A stretch of 64,000 nucleotides of DNA from an uncultured Gammaproteobacteria bacterium. GTDB taxonomy: Bacteria > Patescibacteriota > Patescibacteriia > Magasanikbacterales > GWA2-37-8. Shown in pieces: positions 1-9,589 of this stretch. The notes beneath the pieces were generated by a model, which worked only from the letters and a program-made list of their open reading frames with translations, was not told the DNA's origin and searched no databases. Made by a program: the position numbers and the translations under genes. The DNA lies in contig CAZEEW010000003.1 in assembly GCA_964511375.1 (NCBI GenBank), positions 10,987-74,986 on the forward strand. Reading direction: 5' to 3'. Numbering within the stretch: position 1 is the stretch's first letter; each line of letters starts with the position of its first letter.

Positions 1-91
1 TGATAAAGCCGGAATCGAAATTGGTAGAACACTGGAAAATATTCCGACTCCACCAGTACCCATCCCAAGAGGCCTTGAATCAGTAAGTCAT

Positions 92-2281
92 ATGTTAAAG
101 GGTGTTGACCTTGGCGACATCAAAGGTGTGGATCGTGCCAATATAGTCGACATGAAAGTGTTTGGATCATCCGTTGAGGGGAAGCTTAAACCGAATGATG
201 TGGATATTTTTGTGAAAGTGAAAGATGGCTCAATGAAATTCAAAAACCGTGGCGGATTGCCATCGCCGATTGTGGTCAAGAAAGGAAAAATACAATATTT
301 CATAATGCCAGAAAGCCAGGGTGATGAATTGCTCGATGCGATGCTTTATACCGGACGAAAAGATCAAAGCCGATTATATTCCGGTGCAACCGTAAAAGTA
401 CCAAGGAATTATTGGAGCGGTGCTTTGAAAATTGCCGATGATTCGATGAGTCATCCCGGGAGCAGAAAAGCAGTCGATGACATTGCTGACTTCATTCGGG
501 GCGAACATAAAAAATTTGCCACTGCTGAAAAACAGCGTGGTCTTTTGGATTATGAATTGCCTGATTACTTAAGGCACTATCTAACACCTGAAGGGCGTGA
601 ATTTTTACAAAAGAGCGGAATGAACATCACTTCCGAAATAAACAAACCGCTCCGAGTAAAAAACCCATTTGCTAAGACAAGACAGATTGATGACACGGTC
701 GAGGGAATAAACAATTATTTCCGCAAAAGATACGGCGTAAGACTTTTTGAACAGGATGCGTTCAAAGCATTCGCGGCTCGAAAAGCCGAACACATCAAGG
801 CGGTTGGCACATACGACTTCTTGACCGAAATTGGAAAAGAATTCGGTAAGCAAGCTGAAGTGATAACTAAACAGATCAAGAATCCAGTAACCGGAAAGAT
901 GACTGCCAAAGAAATAATCAAACCAATATACGAAAATGGCATTAAATATATTGAAAGCTCTGTGCCTCAATTAAAAGGCACATTGTTGCCCGAACAAATC
1001 GTGAAGCATGTTGATGATACTTATAAGACTTTAACTAATGAGGAAGCAACAAAGAGATTTTTGAAGCTTTACGATAAGGTTCTCGGTTTTTGGAAAGGTT
1101 CGGTCACTGGATGGTTTCCAGCTTTCCACACAAGAAACTTCATGGGCGGTACTTTTAATAATTGGATCGCTGGTGTGACCAATCCTTCAAGATATTTGCA
1201 AGCCGATCAAATAGCCAGAGGATCGAAAGGAATGGTTACTACCAAGATTGGAACTAAGTACGGATACGACCAAATAAAAGAATTGGCAAGCAAATTGGGA
1301 GTGGTCGGTCAGCCGGGATACTTGGATGTTATGAAAGAGGTGGAAAAAGATGCCACTAAAGGGCCGGTGGCCAAACTTATGGGAACGCCTGCAAAAGCAA
1401 TGGAAGTCGTGGAAAACAGACTGCGACTGCCACTGTTTGTTGATCGTTTGATCAAGGGTGATGCACCTGAACAGGCGGCCAAAACAGTCTTCCAATTCCA
1501 CTTCGACTATGCACCGGAAGCTTTGGCACCATTTGAGCAAAATATCATGAAGCGGTTATTGCCGTTTTACAGATGGACTCGTGGAAACATTCCTCTGCAA
1601 CTTGAACAGATGGTAAAACAGCCAGGCAAATATTCGGCCATTGGAAAGGGATTGCAAAACCTCCAATCAGACAAAGAGAAAGCTCAAGAGGAATTTGCTT
1701 CATTGCCTCCTTATATGCGAGAGGGATTGCCGGTCCGACTTGGCGAGAAAGACGGCTTCTCGCAATACATCTACGGGTTCGGTTTGCCTGTTGAGGACAT
1801 AAACAGACTTTATAAAGGAAGCGCAAAAAGAACTGTGGCCAGTATGGTTGGCGAATTATCTCCGCTTCTAAAATACCCAATCGAAGTGGGTACTGGACAA
1901 AATCTATTTACTGGAGAGCCAATAGCCGAATCAAACCGTGTGTATCCGTTTATAAACAAAGTACCGGGGTTAAGAGAATGGCTGGAAGTTAGAGAAAAAG
2001 AAAATAAAAACGGTTCAGTAAGCTACACAGCCAATGCCTACAAGCTTCACTTTTTGAATACCGCATTGGGGAGGTTTTATACCACGGCCGGAAAATTAAC
2101 TGATGACAAAACATCCGGTGCGGTTAAGTTTTTGTATGGATTACTCGGCTCAAAGGCAAAATCAGTGGATATAGAAAAAGAAAAGTATTGGCGAGATCAA
2201 GAACTGCAAGACCGGCTTGAACAAGCATTGGAAAGTAGAGGTCTAATTAGACAATTTGAAAGAGCATATGTACCAAAATAA
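92..2281 (+). CDS. large hypothetical protein with N-terminal minimal nucleotidyltransferase-fold motif; reading frame is open back to the window edge, so the true start may lie upstream
   Basis: 729-aa ORF. VFGSSVEGKLKPNDVDIFV fits the GS-x(9-13)-DxD Pol-beta NTase signature. No in-frame stop between nt 2 and the ATG at 92. The rest is unrecognised. Confidence 0.4.
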   Translation: MLKGVDLGDIKGVDRANIVDMKVFGSSVEGKLKPNDVDIFVKVKDGSMKFKNRGGLPSPIVVKKGKIQYFIMPESQGDELLDAMLYTGRKDQSRLYSGATVKVPRNYWSGALKIADDSMSHPGSRKAVDDIADFIRGEHKKFATAEKQRGLLDYELPDYLRHYLTPEGREFLQKSGMNITSEINKPLRVKNPFAKTRQIDDTVEGINNYFRKRYGVRLFEQDAFKAFAARKAEHIKAVGTYDFLTEIGKEFGKQAEVITKQIKNPVTGKMTAKEIIKPIYENGIKYIESSVPQLKGTLLPEQIVKHVDDTYKTLTNEEATKRFLKLYDKVLGFWKGSVTGWFPAFHTRNFMGGTFNNWIAGVTNPSRYLQADQIARGSKGMVTTKIGTKYGYDQIKELASKLGVVGQPGYLDVMKEVEKDATKGPVAKLMGTPAKAMEVVENRLRLPLFVDRLIKGDAPEQAAKTVFQFHFDYAPEALAPFEQNIMKRLLPFYRWTRGNIPLQLEQMVKQPGKYSAIGKGLQNLQSDKEKAQEEFASLPPYMREGLPVRLGEKDGFSQYIYGFGLPVEDINRLYKGSAKRTVASMVGELSPLLKYPIEVGTGQNLFTGEPIAESNRVYPFINKVPGLREWLEVREKENKNGSVSYTANAYKLHFLNTALGRFYTTAGKLTDDKTSGAVKFLYGLLGSKAKSVDIEKEKYWRDQELQDRLEQALESRGLIRQFERAYVPK

Positions 2282-2501
2282 AAATATGAATGACGAATCT
2301 TATCAAAACAACATGCAGGACAAAAGGCTTGATAGCATCGAAAAGCATATTGTCATTATTAACGAGGAAATGGGGTCGGTTAAAAATGACATGGCTTGGA
2401 TCAAGAAGTTTTTCTGGCTAATTGCCACCGCATCAGTCGGCGGACTTATAACCGCATTAATTAATTTACTAATCTCATTAGCAAAACACTATGGAACTTA
2501 A
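2268..2501 (+). CDS. small tail-anchored membrane protein, holin-like (first gene of overlapping lysis-type cassette)
   Basis: Soluble N-terminus with a single C-terminal TM (WIKKFFWLIATASVGGLITALINLLISL). Its stop overlaps the amidase start (ATGgaacTTAA). Start is uncertain: TTG 2256, ATG 2268 or ATG 2286. Confidence 0.4.
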   Translation: MYQNKNMNDESYQNNMQDKRLDSIEKHIVIINEEMGSVKNDMAWIKKFFWLIATASVGGLITALINLLISLAKHYGT

Positions 2502-3003
2502 ACCTGACAAAATCAAATATTTGATTATCCATCATTCTGCGACCGCCAGAGATACCACAACATTCGATGCGGTAAAAAGATATCACATCTCAAAAGGCTG
2601 GGGTGACATCGGATATCACTTTTTTATAACAGCCAGCGGTAAAGTGATGGCTGGACGATCCGAAAATACGATCGGGGCACATTGCGTGGCTGATAGTATG
2701 AATTTCAAATCACTTGGAATTTGTCTGCCCGGAAACTTCATGACGGAAGTACCAACCGTTGAGCAATTATCTTCACTATTGGAATTACTCAAAAAGCTAA
2801 TGTCGAAGTATAGCATTCCAAAAGAGAATGTTCTCGGACATCGTGAGGTTGTCGGAGCTTCGACGGCTTGCCCGGGAGATAATCTCCAGAAATGGGTATC
2901 CAATTTTAGAGGACAAAAAGACGAAATTGACCGGTCCGCAATTGCCGAACAGGTCATGAATCATTTAGAACAAGCAATCGATAAATTAAAACAAATACTA
3001 TGA
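2491..3003 (+). CDS. N-acetylmuramoyl-L-alanine amidase (Amidase_2/PGRP, T7-lysozyme-like)
   Basis: Amidase_2 hallmarks are present: IIHHSAT, GYHFFI, GAHC and a C-terminal ACPG zinc/catalytic residue pattern. Overlaps both neighbouring genes. Confidence 0.75.
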   Translation: MELKPDKIKYLIIHHSATARDTTTFDAVKRYHISKGWGDIGYHFFITASGKVMAGRSENTIGAHCVADSMNFKSLGICLPGNFMTEVPTVEQLSSLLELLKKLMSKYSIPKENVLGHREVVGASTACPGDNLQKWVSNFRGQKDEIDRSAIAEQVMNHLEQAIDKLKQIL

Positions 3004-3218
3004 CACAAGCACATAAAGAAGCCCTAAAGCACCTTGCGGTCGTTTTTCTGTATTCCGGAGTCTCATCCATCCTGCCGATCCTTTTAGCTTATATACAGAA
3101 TGACCCTCGCTGGGCGTTACTTATACCGATTATAAACTCGGCGTGGTACGCCATAACCCGATACCTGAAAGAAAGGAAACTGATTGAGGAAGCCTTAACG
3201 AGAGGTGATGAATTTTAG
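3000..3218 (+). CDS. small two-TM membrane protein, class-II-holin-like
   Basis: 72 aa with two hydrophobic helices and a charged C-terminus. Its ATG overlaps the amidase stop (ATGA). Confidence 0.4.
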   Translation: MTQAHKEALKHLAVVFLYSGVSSILPILLAYIQNDPRWALLIPIINSAWYAITRYLKERKLIEEALTRGDEF

Positions 3219-3394
3219 CTAATTTAAGCAATTCTGATTAGTAAACTTTTTGAGCAAAAGCCGGAACCTCAAAATAACTAGGATTATCCTTGTAAATTCG
3301 GCGTAATTGGCGTATAATTTTATCAACACGATGAAAAGATAACACCCGAATTGGTTCTAACTTCGGGACATCGTCACCGCCAAGTTTTAGATTT

Positions 3395-3428
3395 AAAAAA
3401 CAAGGTTGTTCCTAGCCTTGTTTTTTGT
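3395..3428 (+). terminator. rho-independent terminator after the lysis-type cassette
   Basis: Hairpin aacaaggtt-N6-agccttgtt followed by a T-run. The arms are near-identical to the terminator at 29522. Confidence 0.5.
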
Positions 3429-3456
3429 TACAATAATACAATATTAATCGCTAATT

Positions 3457-4374
3457 GTGAATTGGTTTATTTTAGCCCTTTTACCTCCTGCTCTTTTGGC
3501 TGGGGTCAACTATATAGACAAGTACCTGGTTAGTAATTTTTTTAAAGAGAAAGCAACCGGGTCGCTTGCAATTTTTTCTGGTTTAGTAGCTATTTTCGTT
3601 GCAAGCATTACGGGGGTCATTAATCCAGAAATTATTTGGCAAAGCAGCTTTTTGACTGCCGGCGGTACAGTTTTAGCGGGATTGATATTATCTTTAGCTA
3701 CGCTTTTTTATTTATATGCCTTAAGGTACAACGATACTTCATTGGTTGTGCCTTACTTTCAGCTGGTAACAGTTTTTACTTATTTTTTAGGCTTGTTGTT
3801 TTTGAACGAAACATTAAATCATGGACAGTTAATAGGATCAATACTGGTGATTGGCGGAGGAATTGCTTTGGCTTTGGAAAGGGAAAATAGAAAAACTAGG
3901 TTTAAAATAAAAACTTTTCTTTTGATGCTATTGGCATCTTTTTTGATTGCTTTAAGCAATTTAATTTTTAAAAAAACCGCTTTGGAAATTGGTTATCTAG
4001 CTTCTGTATTTTGGGGTAGTATAGGAACATTCCTTTTGGGGGCAGTCTTATTCGTTTTGGTAAAAGATTTTCGTTTGCATTTTCGAAAAGTTTTAGCTTT
4101 AAAAAAGCGCTTTGTAATTGGTCTGAATTTACTCAATGAATCTTTGGTTGTATTGGCGGGATTAGTATCTAGATTAGCTGCCTTATTTATTCCCCTCGCT
4201 CTGGTTTCGGTAATAGGTAGTACACAGTCCTTTTTTTCCTTAATTTACGGCATGGGAATAACATTATTTATTCCCTATGTTGCTAACGAAAAAATTACCT
4301 TAACCCATGTAGTATATAAATTTTTGGTTGTAGCGGTAATGTTTTTAGGAGTCTACCTTTTATATTCATTTTAG
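3457..4374 (+). CDS. DMT/EamA-like polytopic membrane transporter
   Basis: 305 aa with about 10 predicted TM helices. GTG start. Confidence 0.45.
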   Translation: MNWFILALLPPALLAGVNYIDKYLVSNFFKEKATGSLAIFSGLVAIFVASITGVINPEIIWQSSFLTAGGTVLAGLILSLATLFYLYALRYNDTSLVVPYFQLVTVFTYFLGLLFLNETLNHGQLIGSILVIGGGIALALERENRKTRFKIKTFLLMLLASFLIALSNLIFKKTALEIGYLASVFWGSIGTFLLGAVLFVLVKDFRLHFRKVLALKKRFVIGLNLLNESLVVLAGLVSRLAALFIPLALVSVIGSTQSFFSLIYGMGITLFIPYVANEKITLTHVVYKFLVVAVMFLGVYLLYSF

Positions 4375-4424
4375 CTTTCTAAAGGCCTTTTTGGTCGAAT
4401 AACTATATGGTATAATGTACTTGT

Positions 4425-4850
4425 ATGAGTCACATATTCGAAGAATCAGAATTTTCAGATTATTCTCAATCAGATGTGTCTTTTTTGGGCTTTAAAAACG
4501 AGCAGTTGTCTTCAATTGAAGCTGAAGGTAAACTTAGTGTAGATGTTTGGCAAAATGATCAGGAAATCACCGTTATGGCTACTATGGCTGGGGCTAAGCC
4601 AGAAAATATTGAATTGCATTTACATAACGATCTTTTAACTATTCGAGGCTTTCGTGAGCGCCCAGACGCCTCAAATAGTGAACCGTATTTTACCGAGTGT
4701 TTTTGGGGTAGATTTTCACGTACAATTGTTCTACCTACTGATGTTAAGCCTGAATTAGCTAAAGCCGAATATCGTCGTGGGGTGCTAACCGTTAGCCTGC
4801 CCAAGATCAAACCGGATAGTTCCATACCAATTATGGTGGTAGAAGAATAA
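4425..4850 (+). CDS. small heat shock protein Hsp20/alpha-crystallin family
   Basis: Alpha-crystallin domain with the terminal motif GVLTVSLPK. An extended -10 (tggtataat) lies upstream. Confidence 0.8.
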   Translation: MSHIFEESEFSDYSQSDVSFLGFKNEQLSSIEAEGKLSVDVWQNDQEITVMATMAGAKPENIELHLHNDLLTIRGFRERPDASNSEPYFTECFWGRFSRTIVLPTDVKPELAKAEYRRGVLTVSLPKIKPDSSIPIMVVEE

Positions 4851-4901
4851 CTTTGTAATACTTATTATTACCCCGGCGGGTTTTTTAGATATCATAAAGA
4901 C

Positions 4902-5732
4902 ATGTTAAATACATTAGAACAATTAAATAGGTTTTTAGAAGAAGCGGCTATCTCGGCACGTATAAATTGGGGTGTTAAGTTTTATGAACTGCGCCCCTTT
5001 TTAGTTTCAAATCTTGAAGAATTAAAACAAAAAATCAGCTCTCGTGGTTACCCCATGGAAAAGCTGGAAATATTATTGAGTGTTTTAAGAGAAGAGGAAG
5101 TCTCTGACATGGAGATCCTTAATGGATTAGAATCTTTGGAAGAGATTTTTACTTTATCTGGGGTCCAGGAAGAAAAAATTGAAAATTTTAAAAATTTATT
5201 AGGAATTTTTCGAAACCGAGTAAACAATGAAGAAAAGTTTAGGAGCTTACGGGGTAAGCTCCTAAAAAATATGAGTCCAGAAAAAAGTGCTGAATATGAT
5301 GTAAAATTGTTTAAGAACGAAGGAATGAATTATTGTTTAGTATATTACGTTTCGGTCTATAAAGCTTTGAGTGAGTTAAATACCCCTGAAGAAAAAAGGA
5401 AGTTTATTGAGGCAGAAGAAGTAAGACTGGAGAACGGTGGCTTACCGGGAATAAAGCAAGATTTTAAAAATGATGAGTCGCTAAACAAGTTTATACTTTT
5501 GATTTTGAAAGACGATTTAAGAGATAACCTAATTGATGTGTTTTATAATTGTAAAGAAACAATTTTGGGGGATGATAATCCAGAGGTAATAGAGAGAAAG
5601 TTGAAAGAGTATATTTATGAATTAATATTGGCCTTTGAAAAACAGGGAATTAAACAATTATCAAGTAAGTTTTTTTCACCTTACGGAGTTAATCCGACTT
5701 TTCAGAATTTACATCCAATTTTTCATTATTAA
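4902..5732 (+). CDS. hypothetical helical protein
   Basis: 276-aa ORF with no recognisable motif. Tightly followed by the 1029-aa ORF. Confidence 0.4.
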   Translation: MLNTLEQLNRFLEEAAISARINWGVKFYELRPFLVSNLEELKQKISSRGYPMEKLEILLSVLREEEVSDMEILNGLESLEEIFTLSGVQEEKIENFKNLLGIFRNRVNNEEKFRSLRGKLLKNMSPEKSAEYDVKLFKNEGMNYCLVYYVSVYKALSELNTPEEKRKFIEAEEVRLENGGLPGIKQDFKNDESLNKFILLILKDDLRDNLIDVFYNCKETILGDDNPEVIERKLKEYIYELILAFEKQGIKQLSSKFFSPYGVNPTFQNLHPIFHY

Positions 5733-5737
5733 TTCCT

Positions 5738-8700
5738 GTGATAGAAATAGAATCAAATCATATTGAACGTCAGCGGAAGGAAGTGCCGACGCGGACGCCA
5801 AACGAGGCGACCAGAAGACGTCGGGAGGCTTTAGAATTGACTAGGCATATTTTGGCTGTGGAGACTAACGGGATGGACGCAGGCGAATCTAAAGAGGAGC
5901 TAAAAAAACGAGTTTACGAGAAAGTTGTCCACTCCCTTACGACTGCCTCTCAGGCCAGGTTAGAAGACGCCTTGGATGAAAATAAGGAAAAAATAGTTTA
6001 TTTTATTCGAGGCGGTCGAGCAGCTCTAAATCGAGAGATTAGATACATACAAGAGGGAGAAAATTTATCAGATAATGAAAAAGAAGAGAAAATTGCTGAA
6101 CTTTACAGGGACTATGCGCATGCTAAGTTAGTAGAAAAATTGACTATTGTAAGGGTTGTTGAATTCTTATTAAAGAATATCTTGAATCCCTATGCCTCTT
6201 CTGAGGAACTGGCCGCCGTTACTGGGTCGGTTAAAAACGGTGAACATTGGACAAGTAATTTTGACCCTGATACTAATCTGGAGATGGGAATGACCGAGTT
6301 CATCTCAGAACCAAAGTTAGAAGAGATCAGGGCCGGTATACAAGTTGCATTACAGATGAGAAGTAAGATAAGAGATTTGATAGAACAAAGCAAAAGTTAC
6401 GATGGACGACCGGATGGTCGTGTGATCGTTCAGACTGTTTTTGGTTTTCAGCCCAAAGGTAGAGTTAAGGTGGTTGAAAGCTCTTTGTCTATTACCCTTT
6501 TATTTTCCGATGACAGTGATTATAGCAAGGCATGGGGTGATGAGAAAATGGCAGATTTATCTGGCGGTTTTCATAGTACGTATTTGTCTAGGGGATCAAA
6601 AAGGAGATTTGGCGATCAGTTCGACCGTAAAGATGAGAACCCAAAAGGAATAGTTAACTGCTCTAAAGGATCCGAATTTAGAGCAAGTACAGTAGCGCAT
6701 GAAAATGAACACTCTTTATATGAGATAACAATGAATAATCGTGGAAAGATAAAATATACGCTTGAAAAAGTCCTTGAGCAGATGATGGGTGCTGGTTCCG
6801 AACAGCAGGAGGTCTACGCCAGAAGAATTTATAATGAGTTTTTCTTTGAAGCCTACAGAAGATTTGTGGCTTCGTTTGCAAACGAAGCTTTGGCATATGT
6901 ATTAAACAATGAAAATGATTATAGCAATGTAGAAAAAATAGTGCAGACCAATTATGATCAGTTAACACAGACTAAATTATATTCGCACCATCATATTACC
7001 GAAGAAGCTGTAAAAGGCATAAAAGATGATATTTTATATGAGGTGGCCCGAATGAGCAAGGAACATGTAGTTGGTTCAGCTGAGAAAGAATCTGCTTTTG
7101 ATTTTTTACTGCAGAGATTAAACGAAATGGGTGGTGGAATAACTAGACAAAGTATTGAAGAGACATGCCGTTCAATTATTAGAATTATTGCTACCTTAAA
7201 ACAAAAGGGTTTTGGTAATGATTACATTCGTGCACTTTTTGCTGGTGAAAGTCCTGCTCGATGGCCGGAGATTGCCGAAAAAGTTATTAATTTTAAAAGT
7301 AATGAAGAGCAGATTAAATCGAAGGAAGCTGAGGCTCTTCACCAAGAGAAGCTTTCCGCCTGGGCTTTGATCCAGTCGATCGATTACGGCGAAGAAGAAG
7401 CTCCCTCTGCGATTCAAAATAGAGAGGATGAACCTAGAGAGGGCAGGCTTGAAATAGTTAACAGTAACGATTATGAATGGATAAGTGTACAGAGCGTAGG
7501 AACAAAAATTAAAGAAAAGAAAAAGCTTTTGCCAGCGGTAGAAGAAAAGAAATACGTAAGAGCCTGTATAGCGGCAAGAAAGGAAGGAGAGGATAAGAAG
7601 AATTTTAGCGGCGATGGTGTAGAGGTTGATAGTAAAGCGGGAGGAGAATATATTACCTTTGAAGGCGGTAGAATATTTTATGATAATGGTGACAAGATTT
7701 TAGATGACCAAAACAAAGTTGTTTTTGATTTTAACAGAAAAAACCTCCTAGGTGATAATCCTAAAAGAAGAGAATTGTTATGCACAAATAAAGGAGCAAT
7801 TGTCACTGGTAAGTTTTATGCTCCCGACGGAATAAAGAGGGTTGTGCTCAGAGAAGATGGTGAGATATTAGGAATGGAATATAAGAATGTTAAGGATTGT
7901 TTTCTGGAACAAGGTGAGCTGTTGATGTTGGTGGATACTGGTTCGGGGTCAGCTCTCATAAAAGAATCTGGTGAAGTAGTGGCAAATTTCAAAATCGATG
8001 ATAAAGAAAAAATATTTAGTGATGGTAAAAAAACTTATTTCTTTGAAGCAGGCGGGGAAGACCTCTATTTCCTCAAAGATACAAATGGGAATATTTTGGG
8101 CAAAAATCAAGGTTATACCGCAGAAGAGATCATGGCAATTGAGCCTAGTCAGTTTGATGGCGGTACGGTCTTAGTTGATTATAGCCAGCCTGACGCAAGA
8201 TATTTCACACTTTATGGTGAAGAGATCCCAACCGATACTAATAGATTTTTTGTTTATCAAGGAGACATTTATTTTAAAGAAATTTCTGGTGTTAGATATC
8301 AAAACTTAGAAGGGAAAAAAATAGGAAGAGAAGATTTTTCTGTTTTTTATCCTTATCGTCGTTTTTCTGATGGGTCTTTGGTATTTCTAGCTCGAGAAAA
8401 AGATACTGCTAATGATTTTTACAGCGATGAGCAAGGGAATGTGCTCGGTTCTCTTTTGTTGGAGAAATATGGTAAACCTAAAGATATTTTTAAAACTCAC
8501 GATGGCCAATATGTTTATTTAGTTGAGAATTCTGACAAAACACAATCATTGCGAAATGAAGGTGGAAATGAAATTTTGAGAGGAAGGTTTGAACAGTTGG
8601 TTGAAACTGATAAAGGTTGGATTTTTGGTGTGTCTGACGACAATAAAGAATCCTTTGCCGTCTTCAACGAAAAAGGAGAAAAAATTAGTGACGATTATAC

Positions 8701-8827
8701 CCCAAGCTCCGAAAATTTAATTGAATACTACGAAACAAGAGGTGGAAATATGGTGTGTAATGTTATTGGAGGAAAACTTGACGATGATGTATTTAAGGTA
8801 ATAAGAGAAAAACTAAAAGTTGGCTAA
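5738..8827 (+). CDS. large hypothetical protein with central HExxH (zincin-like) motif and C-terminal tandem ~35-45 aa repeats
   Basis: VAHENEHSLYE with downstream Glu candidates. Repeated G/D-rich units (DGxxxY/F..E.G.xLG). No signal peptide. Confidence 0.45.
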   Translation: MIEIESNHIERQRKEVPTRTPNEATRRRREALELTRHILAVETNGMDAGESKEELKKRVYEKVVHSLTTASQARLEDALDENKEKIVYFIRGGRAALNREIRYIQEGENLSDNEKEEKIAELYRDYAHAKLVEKLTIVRVVEFLLKNILNPYASSEELAAVTGSVKNGEHWTSNFDPDTNLEMGMTEFISEPKLEEIRAGIQVALQMRSKIRDLIEQSKSYDGRPDGRVIVQTVFGFQPKGRVKVVESSLSITLLFSDDSDYSKAWGDEKMADLSGGFHSTYLSRGSKRRFGDQFDRKDENPKGIVNCSKGSEFRASTVAHENEHSLYEITMNNRGKIKYTLEKVLEQMMGAGSEQQEVYARRIYNEFFFEAYRRFVASFANEALAYVLNNENDYSNVEKIVQTNYDQLTQTKLYSHHHITEEAVKGIKDDILYEVARMSKEHVVGSAEKESAFDFLLQRLNEMGGGITRQSIEETCRSIIRIIATLKQKGFGNDYIRALFAGESPARWPEIAEKVINFKSNEEQIKSKEAEALHQEKLSAWALIQSIDYGEEEAPSAIQNREDEPREGRLEIVNSNDYEWISVQSVGTKIKEKKKLLPAVEEKKYVRACIAARKEGEDKKNFSGDGVEVDSKAGGEYITFEGGRIFYDNGDKILDDQNKVVFDFNRKNLLGDNPKRRELLCTNKGAIVTGKFYAPDGIKRVVLREDGEILGMEYKNVKDCFLEQGELLMLVDTGSGSALIKESGEVVANFKIDDKEKIFSDGKKTYFFEAGGEDLYFLKDTNGNILGKNQGYTAEEIMAIEPSQFDGGTVLVDYSQPDARYFTLYGEEIPTDTNRFFVYQGDIYFKEISGVRYQNLEGKKIGREDFSVFYPYRRFSDGSLVFLAREKDTANDFYSDEQGNVLGSLLLEKYGKPKDIFKTHDGQYVYLVENSDKTQSLRNEGGNEILRGRFEQLVETDKGWIFGVSDDNKESFAVFNEKGEKISDDYTPSSENLIEYYETRGGNMVCNVIGGKLDDDVFKVIREKLKVG

Positions 8828-8878
8828 ATTAATTTTTTCTTTATATATAATCGATTTATCAGATTCTAGACCAAGCTA

Positions 8879-8907
8879 TTGACAAACAGGATGATTCATA
8901 GTAATAT
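8879..8907 (+). promoter_or_regulatory. sigma70-like promoter of rplJ-rplL
   Basis: TTGACA-17-TAATAT. Confidence 0.5.
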
Positions 8908-9043
8908 CCATTCACCATAGACAGCAGGCGGTTTGAGAAATCAAGCCTTAATTACCTGCCGAGGTGCAAAAAAGCCTTTATTAAAGGCTTCGGAGGTCGA
9001 TTTGTACTAAAAATTAGGTCTGTGGCTAACACAGATTTTTTGT
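8908..9043 (+). promoter_or_regulatory. structured 5' leader of rplJ (possible L10 autoregulatory leader)
   Basis: 135-nt untranslated leader with paired segments: cagcaggcgg/cctgccgagg and aaagccttt/aaaggcttc. Confidence 0.3.
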
Positions 9044-9568
9044 ATGGCAAAATCCAAACAACAAAAAGTAGAAACCATAGATAGCTTAGGCCAAGGTTTA
9101 AAATCCGCCAAAGCAGTGGTTTTTGCCAACTTCCAAGGTTTAAAAGTTAGCGAGGCCGAGGAATTACGCAAACTCTGCCGCAAGAACGACATCCAGGTTT
9201 TAGCTGCTAAGAAAACCCTTTTAAAGCGTGCTTTAACTGATGCTGGTCTTGAAGGTGCTGATCCAAGCGTTTTCCAAGGTGGTGTTGCGACTTTTATGGG
9301 CACGGGTGATGAAGTAGCTCCTGCGAAAGTAGTAAGCGACTTTGCTAAAACCCACGAGATCGTCTCCGTATTCGGTGGCGTACTCGAAGGAAAATTCATT
9401 GATGCCGCCATGGTAAAAAGCCTGGCTAGTCTACCTTCTAAGACTGAACTCTTGGCTAAGGTAGTTGGCTCAATTAATGCCCCAGTTTCTGGCTTTGTTA
9501 ATGTCTTAGCTGGTAACCTACGTAACTTGGTGAGTGTTCTTAATAACATTAAAGAAGCGAAAGCTTAA
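9044..9568 (+). CDS. rplJ: 50S ribosomal protein L10
   Basis: The N-terminal region is clearly L10, and gene order with rplL supports it. Confidence 0.9.
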   Translation: MAKSKQQKVETIDSLGQGLKSAKAVVFANFQGLKVSEAEELRKLCRKNDIQVLAAKKTLLKRALTDAGLEGADPSVFQGGVATFMGTGDEVAPAKVVSDFAKTHEIVSVFGGVLEGKFIDAAMVKSLASLPSKTELLAKVVGSINAPVSGFVNVLAGNLRNLVSVLNNIKEAKA

Positions 9569-9589
9569 TAATTAGTTTAACTTAATACT

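Noticed and set aside
605-1880. Four antisense ORFs inside the 729-aa gene (605-970, 715-942, 1187-1540, 1545-1880, all - strand)
   Set aside because: They are fully embedded in the longer + strand ORF. They show no motifs and host-atypical composition, and are typical shadow ORFs.
3636-3890. 84-aa + strand ORF inside the DMT transporter gene in another frame
   Set aside because: Same-strand overlapping frame within a clear polytopic membrane protein. No start signals.
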